Source: Cenarchaeum sp. (lineage in GTDB: Archaea; Thermoproteota; Nitrososphaeria; Nitrososphaerales; Nitrosopumilaceae). From it: a stretch of DNA of 64,000 nucleotides. The notes under the pieces were generated by a model. It ran no database searches. It saw only the letters and a program-made list of their open reading frames with translations, and was not told the origin of the DNA. Shown piece after piece: positions 38,171-47,349 of this stretch. Position 1 is the stretch's first letter; every line of letters begins with the position of its first letter. Where the stretch lies: assembly GCA_963692915.1 (NCBI GenBank), contig OY843584.1, positions 1,376,001-1,440,000 on the forward strand. Reading direction: 5' to 3'. The position numbers and the translations under genes are program-made.

Positions 38171-41100
38171 CTACGCATAGTCGGCAAGGACGGTCTGGTC
38201 GCCGCTTGCGCTCCCAAAGACGAGGTCTATCTCGCTGGCCATCATGTAGATTCGCCCACGCAGATAGCTCCCGACGTCGTACGCGTCGACTAGGCGCGTG
38301 GCCATCTTTAGGTACTTTTCGACTGACGGGCGCGTTATCGTCGCGATGAGCTCGTTTGAGCAGTGCTTGCCGTTGACCGTGTTGATGCACTTGCGCGCAA
38401 GGGGCACGCGGCGGTACTTTGTGCCGCACTTTGTGCAGCGAAACTCCTGCGTCGCGTACGCGCGAAGGTTGCCCGTGAGGTCCGGAATGAGGTGGGTCGA
38501 TATCACGTTGGAGACGATCTCTGAGGTGTCGACGGCGTTTATGAGGTCGGCCACGCGTATCTGCATCTCTAGCTTTTCGTCCATCGAGTTTAGCGTAGAG
38601 TATGCGCTGCGGAGGCGCGATGTCACAAGGGACGTCGTCTCGTGGGTGAACGCATATCCCCCGTACTGGCTAGCCTTGCCGATGCGCGACTTTACCGTCT
38701 CGATGCACTTTACGTCAGTCGCCTTTGGGGCCTTGAGCGTCTCCTCAAAGAACTCGAGGGGCAGCGAGTCGACCACCTCGAGGTTATGGGCCTGGGACTG
38801 TGCCTCGTGCGGGAGGACGCGCGGCTGTATGAGGAGCGGCGCGTCCATGAGGCCCCCAATCCGGTCAGAGAGGAACTGGCGCGAAAAGTTGAGAAAGACG
38901 TCCATGAGCATCATCAGCGCGTCAGCATCGCCGTCAGCATCGCGCCTCTTGGCCGAGTGCCAGTTGGGCGTGCCGAGGCAGACATGCGTTGCCGCAAAGC
39001 CGACCACGCGCGTCACGATTCCCACCGACGTGTGCGGCGCGAGTCCGACGATGATGTGGCCGACGAGGTCGTCCTTGGTCTTTGCGCCATAATACGCCTT
39101 TGCGCCGTAGAGGCGCTCGAGCTCGGCGTCGACATACTGGCACGCCCTGAGGAGATAGTCAGCTGCGCCATCGGGTATGATCGCGTCCTGCGTGAACAGC
39201 TCGACTAGCTGTGAGGGCTCAGTCAGTGGCCTGCCCGACGTGTCCTTTTCGTAGCCGAGCTCCCTGAGGCGGGCCGGCGAGACGCCTGCCCACTCTGGCC
39301 TAAAGTGCGTCAGCGGCGCGTTTGTCGCCTCGTATCTCACGGTCCCGTCCTTGAAGGCGTTGAGGTCGTGGGCCTGCCGCAGGAGGCCCTTCTCTATGGG
39401 CTCGGCGACCTTGCCGTGGCCTGCGAGGCTAGTGACGCCCTTGAGGGGCTCGCGCGCCCTTGTCCGGACACGCTCCTGGGCCGCGGCGAGGACGCGCTTT
39501 AGCGGATAGCGCCTGTGCGCATGCGAGATCGTCTTGCGCTTGCAGCGCGAGCAGCGCTCCTCGTCAGTCTCCGTGCCGCAGCGGCCGCAGCGCCGCGTGA
39601 TCTTGGTCGCACCGCCGCACTCGCACCTCGTCGACACGGACGCCTCGCCGCACTCCTCGCACGTGCGGTTTGAGAGGTCCGCATAGAACTCTTCCTTGGC
39701 CACGGCGGCCTTTGCGATGCTGCGCGTCGGCCCGCCGTCATCACCGACCGGAAAGAGGACGTGGGCGGGGGGCTTCATCTTGCGCGCGGCGGCCTTTTCA
39801 GGCCGACCCATGCGTACGCCAACTGATGTCGAGAACTTTGGCCGGATCTCGATGCCCGATGCGGCCGTTATGGCCCCAATGACGCCGCCGGCAGCACCTG
39901 CGTCAGGGCGGCTCGAGAAGAGGAGAGCCTCAAAGATGTCGGCCTCATCGCCCTCCAGGACGCACCTTCCGTCGTCGTTCCTGTGCGGAACCGCAAGGCG
40001 CTCGAGGATCTTTTTTGCGGCCGGCCCGTACACGATGCGGCCCTCGGCGCGCGACTCGGGGGAGAGGAGCGTCTCAAGGCCCTCGACTGAGACGGCCTCC
40101 CAGTAGTGGAGGTATGCGGGATGGAGCGGCATGCCCGAGGAGCGCGAGATCTCCAGGGCCGCCTCGAGCGTCGGGCGGCCTGCGGCGAGTATTGGGCCGG
40201 CGGCCTCCTCGCCGAGCCTCTCGCGCAGCTCGGCGACCCACCACTCCTCGACGTATCCGGACGGGGGCATCTGCGCGCTGTTCTCGACAAAGTCGCCAAA
40301 GGAGACGAGAATGTCGCCGAGGTGGAGTATCTCGTCGATCTCGGTCTTTATTGACATACCGTGGGCCGCGTCGCGCACCTTGATGACATCGCCCCCCTTT
40401 AGGCGGACCGTCGGCGCCTCTATCGAGTCCACAAAGGCCACCGTGGCGCCCTTGCCGGGAACGTCCGTCTTTACCTGCGTGCCCACGGCTATCGCGTGGT
40501 CGAGTATCTCGGCGACGGCGGGGTGAAGGCCGACTGACGTAAAGCCCGTGTTGCACGCGCGCCCATAGCGGAGCCTAAAGCCGCCAAGCGTGTTGGGCTT
40601 TGAGAGAACGGGGCGGCCCGTGATGACCTCCCTCATGCGCTTCATCGCCGCCGTGTCGTCCTCGTCCTCGGCCCCGAGCTTTGCCTCTGCGCCCTTTAGC
40701 TCGCCAAGCCACTCCCAGCCCGAGATGCCATAGCGCTCGACCCTCTGGAGGAGCTTTTTGGAGCGGCCGATGAGCCCGTCGTTGAGCACGCGAAGCGCCC
40801 CGCCGCGCACGCGGTCAGTCTTTATGCGGGCCATGCCCTTGTGGTTGACGACCTCGTAAGAGTCCGTGTCCACGCCGTCGAGCTCGACGGGCAGGTTCGT
40901 TATCACCTTGACGATGTCCTCGTCGACTACGCGGTACTGAAAGTTGGAGGCCTCGCGCTCGTATATCCGGAGCTCCTCCACAAAGCGGCCCGACTCGTCA
41001 TCAAACGAGTTGGCCTTGTACTTTGCCAGGTTTGCCGCCTGTCTCACGTGATCCGCTATGAGCATCGTGACGGCCGACTCTGTGCCCCCGGCCGACCTCA

Positions 41101-41563
41101 TCGGGCCGGCGATCGAGAGTGAGAGGTATTCGGAGCCGTCTCTGTTCCTTTTTATGGAAATGTCGGCAATTCCTTGGAGCGGGGCGATCGTGACGCCCTC
41201 GGTCACCGTGGCCAGGCCCACACGTACGGCCCTGTCGAGGCGGTCTATGAGCTCCGAGCCCTCAGGCATGTGGCTTCCCAGGGCGATCTCGTGCGCTATG
41301 ATGAGGGCCGCGTGCTCCTTGCCCTTCTCGGCGAGGAGGCCCCTCAGGCGGTCAGCGACGTCAATGTCGAGCATCTTTGAGACGCGGTCGGCCAGGTCAT
41401 GGGCCAGGAGCGCATCTATCTTGGGCGTAGAGTCGGCCATGGAGTTTTTGGCCTCCCTGGCGTGGGCTAGTGCGCGATCGGTCTCGGCGACAAGGGAGTC
41501 ATAGTAGGCGCGGTAGTGGGGCGGCATCTCCGGACCGCCTAGTGAGACTGCCGTGCTAGGCAC
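38171..41563 (-). CDS. polC: DNA polymerase D large subunit DP2
   Basis: GPMRSAGGT, GGFRLRYGR, RRDADGDAD, GGLMDAPL, Zn fingers. Confidence 0.95.
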   Translation of the reverse strand: MPSTAVSLGGPEMPPHYRAYYDSLVAETDRALAHAREAKNSMADSTPKIDALLAHDLADRVSKMLDIDVADRLRGLLAEKGKEHAALIIAHEIALGSHMPEGSELIDRLDRAVRVGLATVTEGVTIAPLQGIADISIKRNRDGSEYLSLSIAGPMRSAGGTESAVTMLIADHVRQAANLAKYKANSFDDESGRFVEELRIYEREASNFQYRVVDEDIVKVITNLPVELDGVDTDSYEVVNHKGMARIKTDRVRGGALRVLNDGLIGRSKKLLQRVERYGISGWEWLGELKGAEAKLGAEDEDDTAAMKRMREVITGRPVLSKPNTLGGFRLRYGRACNTGFTSVGLHPAVAEILDHAIAVGTQVKTDVPGKGATVAFVDSIEAPTVRLKGGDVIKVRDAAHGMSIKTEIDEILHLGDILVSFGDFVENSAQMPPSGYVEEWWVAELRERLGEEAAGPILAAGRPTLEAALEISRSSGMPLHPAYLHYWEAVSVEGLETLLSPESRAEGRIVYGPAAKKILERLAVPHRNDDGRCVLEGDEADIFEALLFSSRPDAGAAGGVIGAITAASGIEIRPKFSTSVGVRMGRPEKAAARKMKPPAHVLFPVGDDGGPTRSIAKAAVAKEEFYADLSNRTCEECGEASVSTRCECGGATKITRRCGRCGTETDEERCSRCKRKTISHAHRRYPLKRVLAAAQERVRTRAREPLKGVTSLAGHGKVAEPIEKGLLRQAHDLNAFKDGTVRYEATNAPLTHFRPEWAGVSPARLRELGYEKDTSGRPLTEPSQLVELFTQDAIIPDGAADYLLRACQYVDAELERLYGAKAYYGAKTKDDLVGHIIVGLAPHTSVGIVTRVVGFAATHVCLGTPNWHSAKRRDADGDADALMMLMDVFLNFSRQFLSDRIGGLMDAPLLIQPRVLPHEAQSQAHNLEVVDSLPLEFFEETLKAPKATDVKCIETVKSRIGKASQYGGYAFTHETTSLVTSRLRSAYSTLNSMDEKLEMQIRVADLINAVDTSEIVSNVISTHLIPDLTGNLRAYATQEFRCTKCGTKYRRVPLARKCINTVNGKHCSNELIATITRPSVEKYLKMATRLVDAYDVGSYLRGRIYMMASEIDLVFGSASGDQTVLADYA

Positions 41564-42323
41564 GCCTGCCCCCAGAGCCGAGCGCGCGGGCGATCGCCGA
41601 GAGGCGCCTCAGGCCCGATGCGCCAGAGCCCTCCAGGAGCGTCCCTATGACGAGGGCGTCGGCTCCGGCGTCGGCTAGCAGGCGCGCCGTCTTTGCGTCG
41701 CGGATGCCCCCGCCGACTATGATAATCCCGTCAAAGACCCCCCTGACGGCCTTGACCATCGAGGCCTCCACGCTCCTCTTGGCGCCTGATCCGGCCTCGA
41801 GATACACGAGGCGCATTCCCAGAAACTTGGCCGCTAGCGCGTATGCGGCAGCGATGCGAGGCTTGTCGTGGGGGATGCCTCGAGCCGAGCCGACAAACCA
41901 CGCAGACGTCCCCTCGCCCACGACGAGGTACGCCGTCGGCAGCGCCTCGAGGCCAAACTTTAGGACGCTCGGCGCGCCGAGGGCCTGGGCCTGCGTGATA
42001 AAGTAGGGGTTCTCCGAGTTCATCAGCGAGCTGAACAGTATCGCGTCGGCCTCTGGAACGACGCCGGTGACGTTGCCGGGAAAGAGGATGACGGGGATCT
42101 TTGTGGCCGCCTTTATGGAGCTGACCGTCTGCGCCATGCCCATCTGGTCCGTCGCCGAGGAGCCGCCCACGAGGATTGCCGAGGCGCCGAGGCGCTCGGC
42201 CTCCGAGGCCAGCCGTGCTGCCTCCTTGCCGTCAGAGGACTCCGAGTCGACTAGAACCAGGATCGCCGCGCGTGCGCGCTTGGCCTGCTCGCCAAGGTAT
42301 CGCTCGGTGCGCCCCACGGTCAT
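41556..42323 (-). CDS. Geranylgeranylglyceryl phosphate synthase
   Basis: ILVGGS, PVILFPG, LMNS.NP, YLEAGSG, VGGGIR. Confidence 0.9.
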   Translation of the reverse strand: MTVGRTERYLGEQAKRARAAILVLVDSESSDGKEAARLASEAERLGASAILVGGSSATDQMGMAQTVSSIKAATKIPVILFPGNVTGVVPEADAILFSSLMNSENPYFITQAQALGAPSVLKFGLEALPTAYLVVGEGTSAWFVGSARGIPHDKPRIAAAYALAAKFLGMRLVYLEAGSGAKRSVEASMVKAVRGVFDGIIIVGGGIRDAKTARLLADAGADALVIGTLLEGSGASGLRRLSAIARALGSGGRRA

Positions 42324-42375
42324 CGGCGCCGCGCCGTGGGGCTCTGCTTTAAAGTCTAATCCACCGCCCGTGGTA

Positions 42376-43471
42376 TGTGCCTTGTACGAAAAGTAGTAGA
42401 CTGGGCAGGAATGCTTGCCGGGCGCAGATCCGGGAGCCCCGGGGGCGCCCCGGGATCCGGCAGGCTGCCGAAACATACGTTTGGGGGGCTCCGCCGCCGG
42501 CGCGCCATGCCGGTCAGGAGGCTTGACGACAGGGCGCTCCGGTACGTGGCCAGGACGCTGGCGACGCGGAGCGCCGAGGAGGTGGCGCGCGAGCTGGGGA
42601 TCTCCAGGGCGTGGTCGTACAGGCTTCGCGCGCACTGCCGGCGCACCGGCGCGCCGCCGGAGCCGCGGCCGATGGGAAGGCCGCGCAGGGACGTCACCGA
42701 CGGCGAGGTGGCCGAGGTCCTCGGCGAGCACGCCGACCGGCCGGCCGGCGTCGTGCGCGTGGCCGAGGGGCTGCGCGGCAACAACTCAAAAATAACGTAC
42801 TGGTCGGTGTACCGCATCATGCTGGCGGAGGGGCTCGTCACGAGGTCGCGGGCGAAGTCGCGCAGGCGAAAGTGGGTCAGGTTCGAGCGCGCGCACTCCG
42901 GCGCGCTGTGGCACGTGGACTGGCACATAATGAAATACGGGCCACTTGCGGGCTCGCACCTCATAGTGTTCCTCGACGACGCGTCGCGGTGCGTCACGGG
43001 CTTTGGCGTGTTCGCCGAGGCCACGTCGGAAAACTCCGTGCTTGCGCTGCGAAAGGCGATCAGGATGTTTGGCGCGCCGGCGCAGATCCTCTCGGACCAC
43101 GGCACGCAGTTCACGGCAAGCCGGCGCGGCACGCCGAGCCGCAGCTGGACGCCGACGCTCTTCGAGCGGGAGCTGCTGGACCGCGACATAGCGCACCTCA
43201 TGGCGCGCGTCCGCCACCCCCAGACCAACGGCAAGGTCGAGAGGTTCTTCCAGACGCTCGAGACGGAGATCGGCCACTTTGGCGGGGTCCCCGAGTTCAT
43301 CGCGTACTACAACGAGAGGCGCCTCCACTTCGCCCTGGACATCAAGGGCGGCGAGACGCCCCTGCTGGCCTACAGGAGGCGCAGGGCCGACGGGCGGGTC
43401 CGGGCGGAGAACCCGAGGTGGATGGAGGTGGACTCGAATGAGTGAGTCTACTACTTTTCGTATAAAACACA
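42376..43471 (+). mobile_element. IS481-family insertion sequence, apparently intact
   Basis: 27-bp imperfect inverted repeats TGTGCCTTGTACGAAAAGTAGTAGACT / AGTCTACTACTTTTCGTATAAAACACA; 12-bp direct repeat CCGCCCGTGGTA on both sides. Confidence 0.9.
42507..43445 (+). CDS. IS481-family DDE transposase
   Basis: N-terminal HTH, WHVD, LDDASR, SDHGTQF, PQTNGKVERF, YYNERR.H. Confidence 0.92.
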   Translation: MPVRRLDDRALRYVARTLATRSAEEVARELGISRAWSYRLRAHCRRTGAPPEPRPMGRPRRDVTDGEVAEVLGEHADRPAGVVRVAEGLRGNNSKITYWSVYRIMLAEGLVTRSRAKSRRRKWVRFERAHSGALWHVDWHIMKYGPLAGSHLIVFLDDASRCVTGFGVFAEATSENSVLALRKAIRMFGAPAQILSDHGTQFTASRRGTPSRSWTPTLFERELLDRDIAHLMARVRHPQTNGKVERFFQTLETEIGHFGGVPEFIAYYNERRLHFALDIKGGETPLLAYRRRRADGRVRAENPRWMEVDSNE

Positions 43472-43480
43472 CCGCCCGTG

Positions 43481-43592
43481 GTATGAGGCCAGCGCCTCTG
43501 CCAGTTCATGCCTAGACAGGCGCCGAAGTGGCAAGTAGATCGACAGAATGCGCCTATTTGGCCAAAAGGGGTGGGGGGTGCTGGCCTCATAC
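43481..43592. mobile_element. MITE family A with an 8-bp target duplication
   Basis: GTATGAGGCCAGCGCC / GGTGCTGGCCTCATAC flanked by CGCCCGTG at 43473 and 43593. Confidence 0.85.
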
Positions 43593-43603
43593 CGCCCGTG
43601 GGG

Positions 43604-43712
43604 CGCCCTGTACGAAGAGTAGGCTGGGTGCCTGCCTGGCGCAGATCCGGGGCTCCGTAAGGCCGCTGGGCGGGCAGGGCGCTGCCTTGTACGAAGAGTG
43701 GGCTGGGTGGGG
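43604..43712 (+). mobile_element. Two degenerate IS481 left-end remnants
   Basis: CCCTGTACGAAGAGTAG...GCGCAGATCCGG and GCCTTGTACGAAGAGT. Confidence 0.5.
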
Positions 43713-43788
43713 GCTTTCCAGGCACGGTGTCCAGGATCGCCTTGCGTTCAACGTTTAATTGGCCCATGTCATACCGTTTTGTATAGCT

Positions 43789-44151
43789 ATGAGCGACCCC
43801 GAGTCACATGAGTTTAATGCCGTAATCAAGCATATTATACAAAAATCGCTGTTTACAGAGCGTCAAGTTCAAATTATTCTAAGACAGCGGCGACGCGCCG
43901 GGGTTGGTTTTGGCATAAGTAGAGGCGCGTATTACAGGCAGGCAAGCCAATCTAGGGACAAAATGGGGCGCCTCTACTATACGATCAGTCTTTTGTGGGG
44001 TCTTGGCGTTCTCGAGCCTCGTGACATTGATGTGATGTCTCATCTTGCAGAACAGATCAAAGGTCTCAAAGATAGTGATATTTTAGATGGTCGTGAGGAA
44101 GACATCACACAGGTACTTGACAAAATTGTCAGTCAGGCGTGCAATATGTGA
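43789..44151 (+). CDS. Hypothetical HTH-like protein
   Basis: SLFTERQ...ISRGAYYRQ pattern. Confidence 0.7.
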   Translation: MSDPESHEFNAVIKHIIQKSLFTERQVQIILRQRRRAGVGFGISRGAYYRQASQSRDKMGRLYYTISLLWGLGVLEPRDIDVMSHLAEQIKGLKDSDILDGREEDITQVLDKIVSQACNM

Positions 44152-44266
44152 TATTGTGTATCACCCTAGCCACAAATATCGTGATTTTAAGGCGTGATGT
44201 AGTTGTCTAAATAGTGAATTTATGTTGTTCTATCACAATATATCACAGTGTGTTTGTGACTTGCCC

Positions 44267-44857
44267 ATGCAGGTCGAGATTCCCGACCCCAACGTCCTTC
44301 TTGGGCTGGTCACGGCGTTTGTGATCGGCCTTTTAGTCATAATTATACTCAACAAGGTGCGTCCATACGTGAATTTGAGCCCAAGGGGCGACGGAGAGTG
44401 GCGCGCCTCGCGTATTGACGAGTACGAGCGCCAGTTGGTAGAGATGAAAATTCGTCTAGACGCAGCAGGTATTGGGAGTGTGGGTGGTGATGTGACTAGT
44501 ATATCACAAGATGTTGTGGGGACGGCAGAGTCCGGATTGGAGACTGCCGTGGTTGACCAAAACAAGGCTAAAACTACGCCTAAATCACCCCAACAACCAA
44601 CGCCGGTGGCTCAAGAGACCAATCACGTCACATATCACAACGCCACAGAGCAGGTGTTACATATGGTCACAACAAGTGCAAAAACATCACGTGATATTCA
44701 AGCCGCCCTGGGTAAGAGTAGGGAGCACACTGCCAGACTCCTCAAAAAACTCTATGATGAGGGACTTGTTGAAAGGAACGCAAAGTCGCGGCCATACACC
44801 TACTCTATCACGGAAAGTGGCCAAAGGCGGCTTGGATCTGCAGACGGTCGGTTATAG
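44267..44857 (+). CDS. Membrane-anchored winged-helix DNA-binding protein
   Basis: N-terminal transmembrane segment, coiled coil, C-terminal TSRDIQAALGKSREHTARLLKKLYDEGLVER...PYTYSITESG. Confidence 0.75.
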   Translation: MQVEIPDPNVLLGLVTAFVIGLLVIIILNKVRPYVNLSPRGDGEWRASRIDEYERQLVEMKIRLDAAGIGSVGGDVTSISQDVVGTAESGLETAVVDQNKAKTTPKSPQQPTPVAQETNHVTYHNATEQVLHMVTTSAKTSRDIQAALGKSREHTARLLKKLYDEGLVERNAKSRPYTYSITESGQRRLGSADGRL

Positions 44858-44954
44858 AGCCCCTGTGGTGATGTTGGTTGTGGGTTGTGGTGATGTTGGG
44901 TTGTAATGCGCCCAGGCCGATATTTTGGGCTGTGAATTGGTGGAATTGTAGGCC

Positions 44955-45015
44955 ATTTTATTATTATTTAATAAAATAATAAATTATAATATATGAGTAT
45001 TAATGATATATATTG
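44955..45015. other. Extremely AT-rich tract; candidate DNA unwinding element or promoter
   Basis: About 60 nt almost free of G/C in a GC-rich genome, near the ORB-like repeats. Confidence 0.5.
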
Positions 45016-45018
45016 TCA

Positions 45019-45177
45019 ATGTTTGGGGGGTTGCGCGTGTTGGTCAAGATCACCGCAGCCGGAACCATCACGATTCCGAAGCAGATGAGGCGGTATATGG
45101 ATGTGCGCCGTGGTGACTATGTAAAGGTCGATCTAGAGGGAGATCGCCTGGTTGTCACTAAGGCCGTGGTGTCGTAG
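45019..45177 (+). CDS. AbrB/MazE/SpoVT-family small DNA-binding protein (absent from the ORF track)
   Basis: Manual translation: MFGGLRVLVKITAAGTITIPKQMRRYMDVRRGDYVKVDLEGDRLVVTKAVVS. Confidence 0.8.
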   Translation: MFGGLRVLVKITAAGTITIPKQMRRYMDVRRGDYVKVDLEGDRLVVTKAVVS

Positions 45178-45571
45178 GTGGCAGGCGTTGTGGGAGGATG
45201 GCCCTGTCGGCGGCTCTGTATGACCACTCGCGGCCGTTTCGTGTGCGTGCCAGACGGCCCCTGTGCGTAAAACGCGCCAGATAGGTCGAGATCACGCTCA
45301 GTTTTATGGGTCGGTTATACTCGTCCTCATACTTTTCGAGTATTGTGGAGGAGGTAAATCGGCCTATTGGGTAGTTCCTCTCAACTGTGGCCCATATGCG
45401 GCCCCCCACACTGTCAGGCGTCTGGCCTTCTGGGGGCGCCTCGACGTCAATGAGATTCATGGTCTCAAACACCTTTAGGATCTTCTCCCTAGTGACTTTG
45501 CCAGTCACGGTCATGCGAAAAACGGCCCCCTCGTCGTCCTCAACGTCGATGGTCACCTTTCTCTTTGCCAT
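45158..45571 (-). CDS. Origin-adjacent winged-helix protein
   Basis: FTSSTILEKYE...IKLSVISTYLARF...GRL.R...GREWSY; divergent from cdc6. Confidence 0.75.
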   Translation of the reverse strand: MAKRKVTIDVEDDEGAVFRMTVTGKVTREKILKVFETMNLIDVEAPPEGQTPDSVGGRIWATVERNYPIGRFTSSTILEKYEDEYNRPIKLSVISTYLARFTHRGRLARTRNGREWSYRAADRAILPQRLPPTTPRP

Positions 45572-45722
45572 TGGGACACAGCCTGAAACCCCCCTTACAC
45601 TTGAAACGATCCGATCAGATTTGTTAACGTTATACGTTGTTAATGTTGCCTGCCTAGCCTAGGCATGGGGTGCCGTGGCCTGTTCACACACTGCCGCCAT
45701 GCCCACCCCCAAATATCCCACG

Positions 45723-45813
45723 AATTCACGCCTAGAGTGGAAATAAGGGGGTTAAAATGGGTTGTTAACGCGGTTAAGATGTAAATTCACGCCTAGAGTG
45801 GAAATAAGGGGGT
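45723..45813 (+). promoter_or_regulatory. ORB-like direct repeats; probable oriC
   Basis: Two identical 30-mers AATTCACGCCTAGAGTGGAAATAAGGGGGT at 45723 and 45784, with GTGGAAA core and G-string, upstream of cdc6. Confidence 0.8.
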
Positions 45814-46103
45814 CAAAACGGCCTTTTTGGACGTCTTGTTCACACAATCTTGACTGTGTGTGAACGTCGTCAGGCTTCACGCCTCGCCGACTCCTTCCAC
45901 AACCCACACACCACCATTTCCACTCCTTTTTCTTTCATTTTTTTTCTAAAAATACAAGATAGAGATGAGATGAAAGGCAAGAAAAGGAATGTTGTGGAGT
46001 GGAAGGGAAGGTGTGTGGGTTTGGATCACTGAAACGATCCATGTTGTTAAATTAAGCTGGGGGATCATTTCAAGAGGTAGGGCTACGACCCCACGATCTC
46101 AAA

Positions 46104-47321
46104 ATGAGCACGACCACACTCGACCCCCTAGATCGCCTCTTAGAGGCCGCAGAGAGCGGGACTGCGATCATACGCAATAGGGAGGTTCTGCGGTCTGACT
46201 ATATGCCAAAGATGATCAGGCACCGCGACGAGGAGCAAGAGCTAGTCGCCCAGACGCTCCTTCCAATACTAAAGCGCGCCCGCCCCTCAAACCTCCTAGT
46301 CTATGGCCGCCCTGGAACTGGCAAGACACTCGTTGTGAGGCGCGTCCTTTTAAAAATACAAGAGAGGGCCGCAACTGGCGACTTTCCAATCAGGCTGGTG
46401 TATGCCAACTCCAAGAACGAGACGACAATGTATGCGCTTCTTGTTAGTTTTGGCCGCCAGCTGGGCCTTAATGAAAAAAGGATTCCCACCACAGGCCTCT
46501 CAATAAGCGAGGTCTTTAAACGCCTAATCAGCGAGATCAACAAGAGGTCGATTAACGCCGTGTTTGTGATTGACGAGATCGACCACCTCGCGCGCCTCAC
46601 CTCCAAATCCCACAAGGACATACTCTACCAGATGACCAGGGCCAACGAGCTCCTTGATGGCGGCTCGCTCACCCTTGTGGGCATATCCAACGACCTCGCC
46701 TTCAAGGATGGCCTGGATCCGCGCGTGATCAGCAGCCTGGGCGAGGAGGAGATCGTCTTTGCGAGCTATACAACCGATCAGATACGCCGCATATTAGAGG
46801 AGCGCATTACCGACGCCCTCATCGGCCCCAACACCGTCGAGGAGGCCGCACTCCACCTCTGCGCAGCAAAGGCCGGCAGCGAGCACGGCGACGCGCGCCG
46901 CGCCATCGACACACTTCGTGTGGCCGCCGAGGCCGCCGAACGAGCCGGCGCGTCGACAATATCCCAGGACCACGTTCTCACGGCGGCAGCAAAGATGGAG
47001 GAGAGAAAAGAGGTTGCCGCGCTGCGCTCCTACCCGCTCCACGAAAAGCTCCTCGTCATAGCCGTGATGAAGTCCAGTGGGGCCTCGACGGGGGAGATAT
47101 ACGCCGCGTACCGCGACCTCTGCAGGCGCACGGGCCAAAAGAACCTCACACAGAGGCGGGCCACGCAGATGCTTAGCGAGATAGAGATGTCCGGGATAGC
47201 CTCTGGCCGGATCACACACCAGGGCATGCACGGCCGAACCAAAAAATTCAAGCTACTCGTCGCCACCGAGACTGTCACCGAGGCGTTCGGTGAGGATCTT
47301 GCCCTCTCTGACCTGCTCTAG
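46104..47321 (+). CDS. cdc6: Orc1/Cdc6 replication initiator
   Basis: YMP..I.HRDEE, GRPGTGKT, IDEID, GDARRAI, C-terminal wHTH. Confidence 0.95.
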   Translation: MSTTTLDPLDRLLEAAESGTAIIRNREVLRSDYMPKMIRHRDEEQELVAQTLLPILKRARPSNLLVYGRPGTGKTLVVRRVLLKIQERAATGDFPIRLVYANSKNETTMYALLVSFGRQLGLNEKRIPTTGLSISEVFKRLISEINKRSINAVFVIDEIDHLARLTSKSHKDILYQMTRANELLDGGSLTLVGISNDLAFKDGLDPRVISSLGEEEIVFASYTTDQIRRILEERITDALIGPNTVEEAALHLCAAKAGSEHGDARRAIDTLRVAAEAAERAGASTISQDHVLTAAAKMEERKEVAALRSYPLHEKLLVIAVMKSSGASTGEIYAAYRDLCRRTGQKNLTQRRATQMLSEIEMSGIASGRITHQGMHGRTKKFKLLVATETVTEAFGEDLALSDLL

Positions 47322-47349
47322 GCTGGCACCGCGCCACGCCGGCGCGACC

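Noticed and set aside
38171-41563. Intein in DP2 (or in Cdc6/CDC48)
   Set aside because: Lengths are normal and no intein motifs were seen.
42324-42731. N-terminal extension of GGGP synthase
   Set aside because: This is read-through into the antisense strand of the IS481.
45723-45813. Two 30-bp repeats with a 31-bp gap as a mini-CRISPR
   Set aside because: The GTGGAAA core, G-string and position upstream of cdc6 fit ORB elements better.
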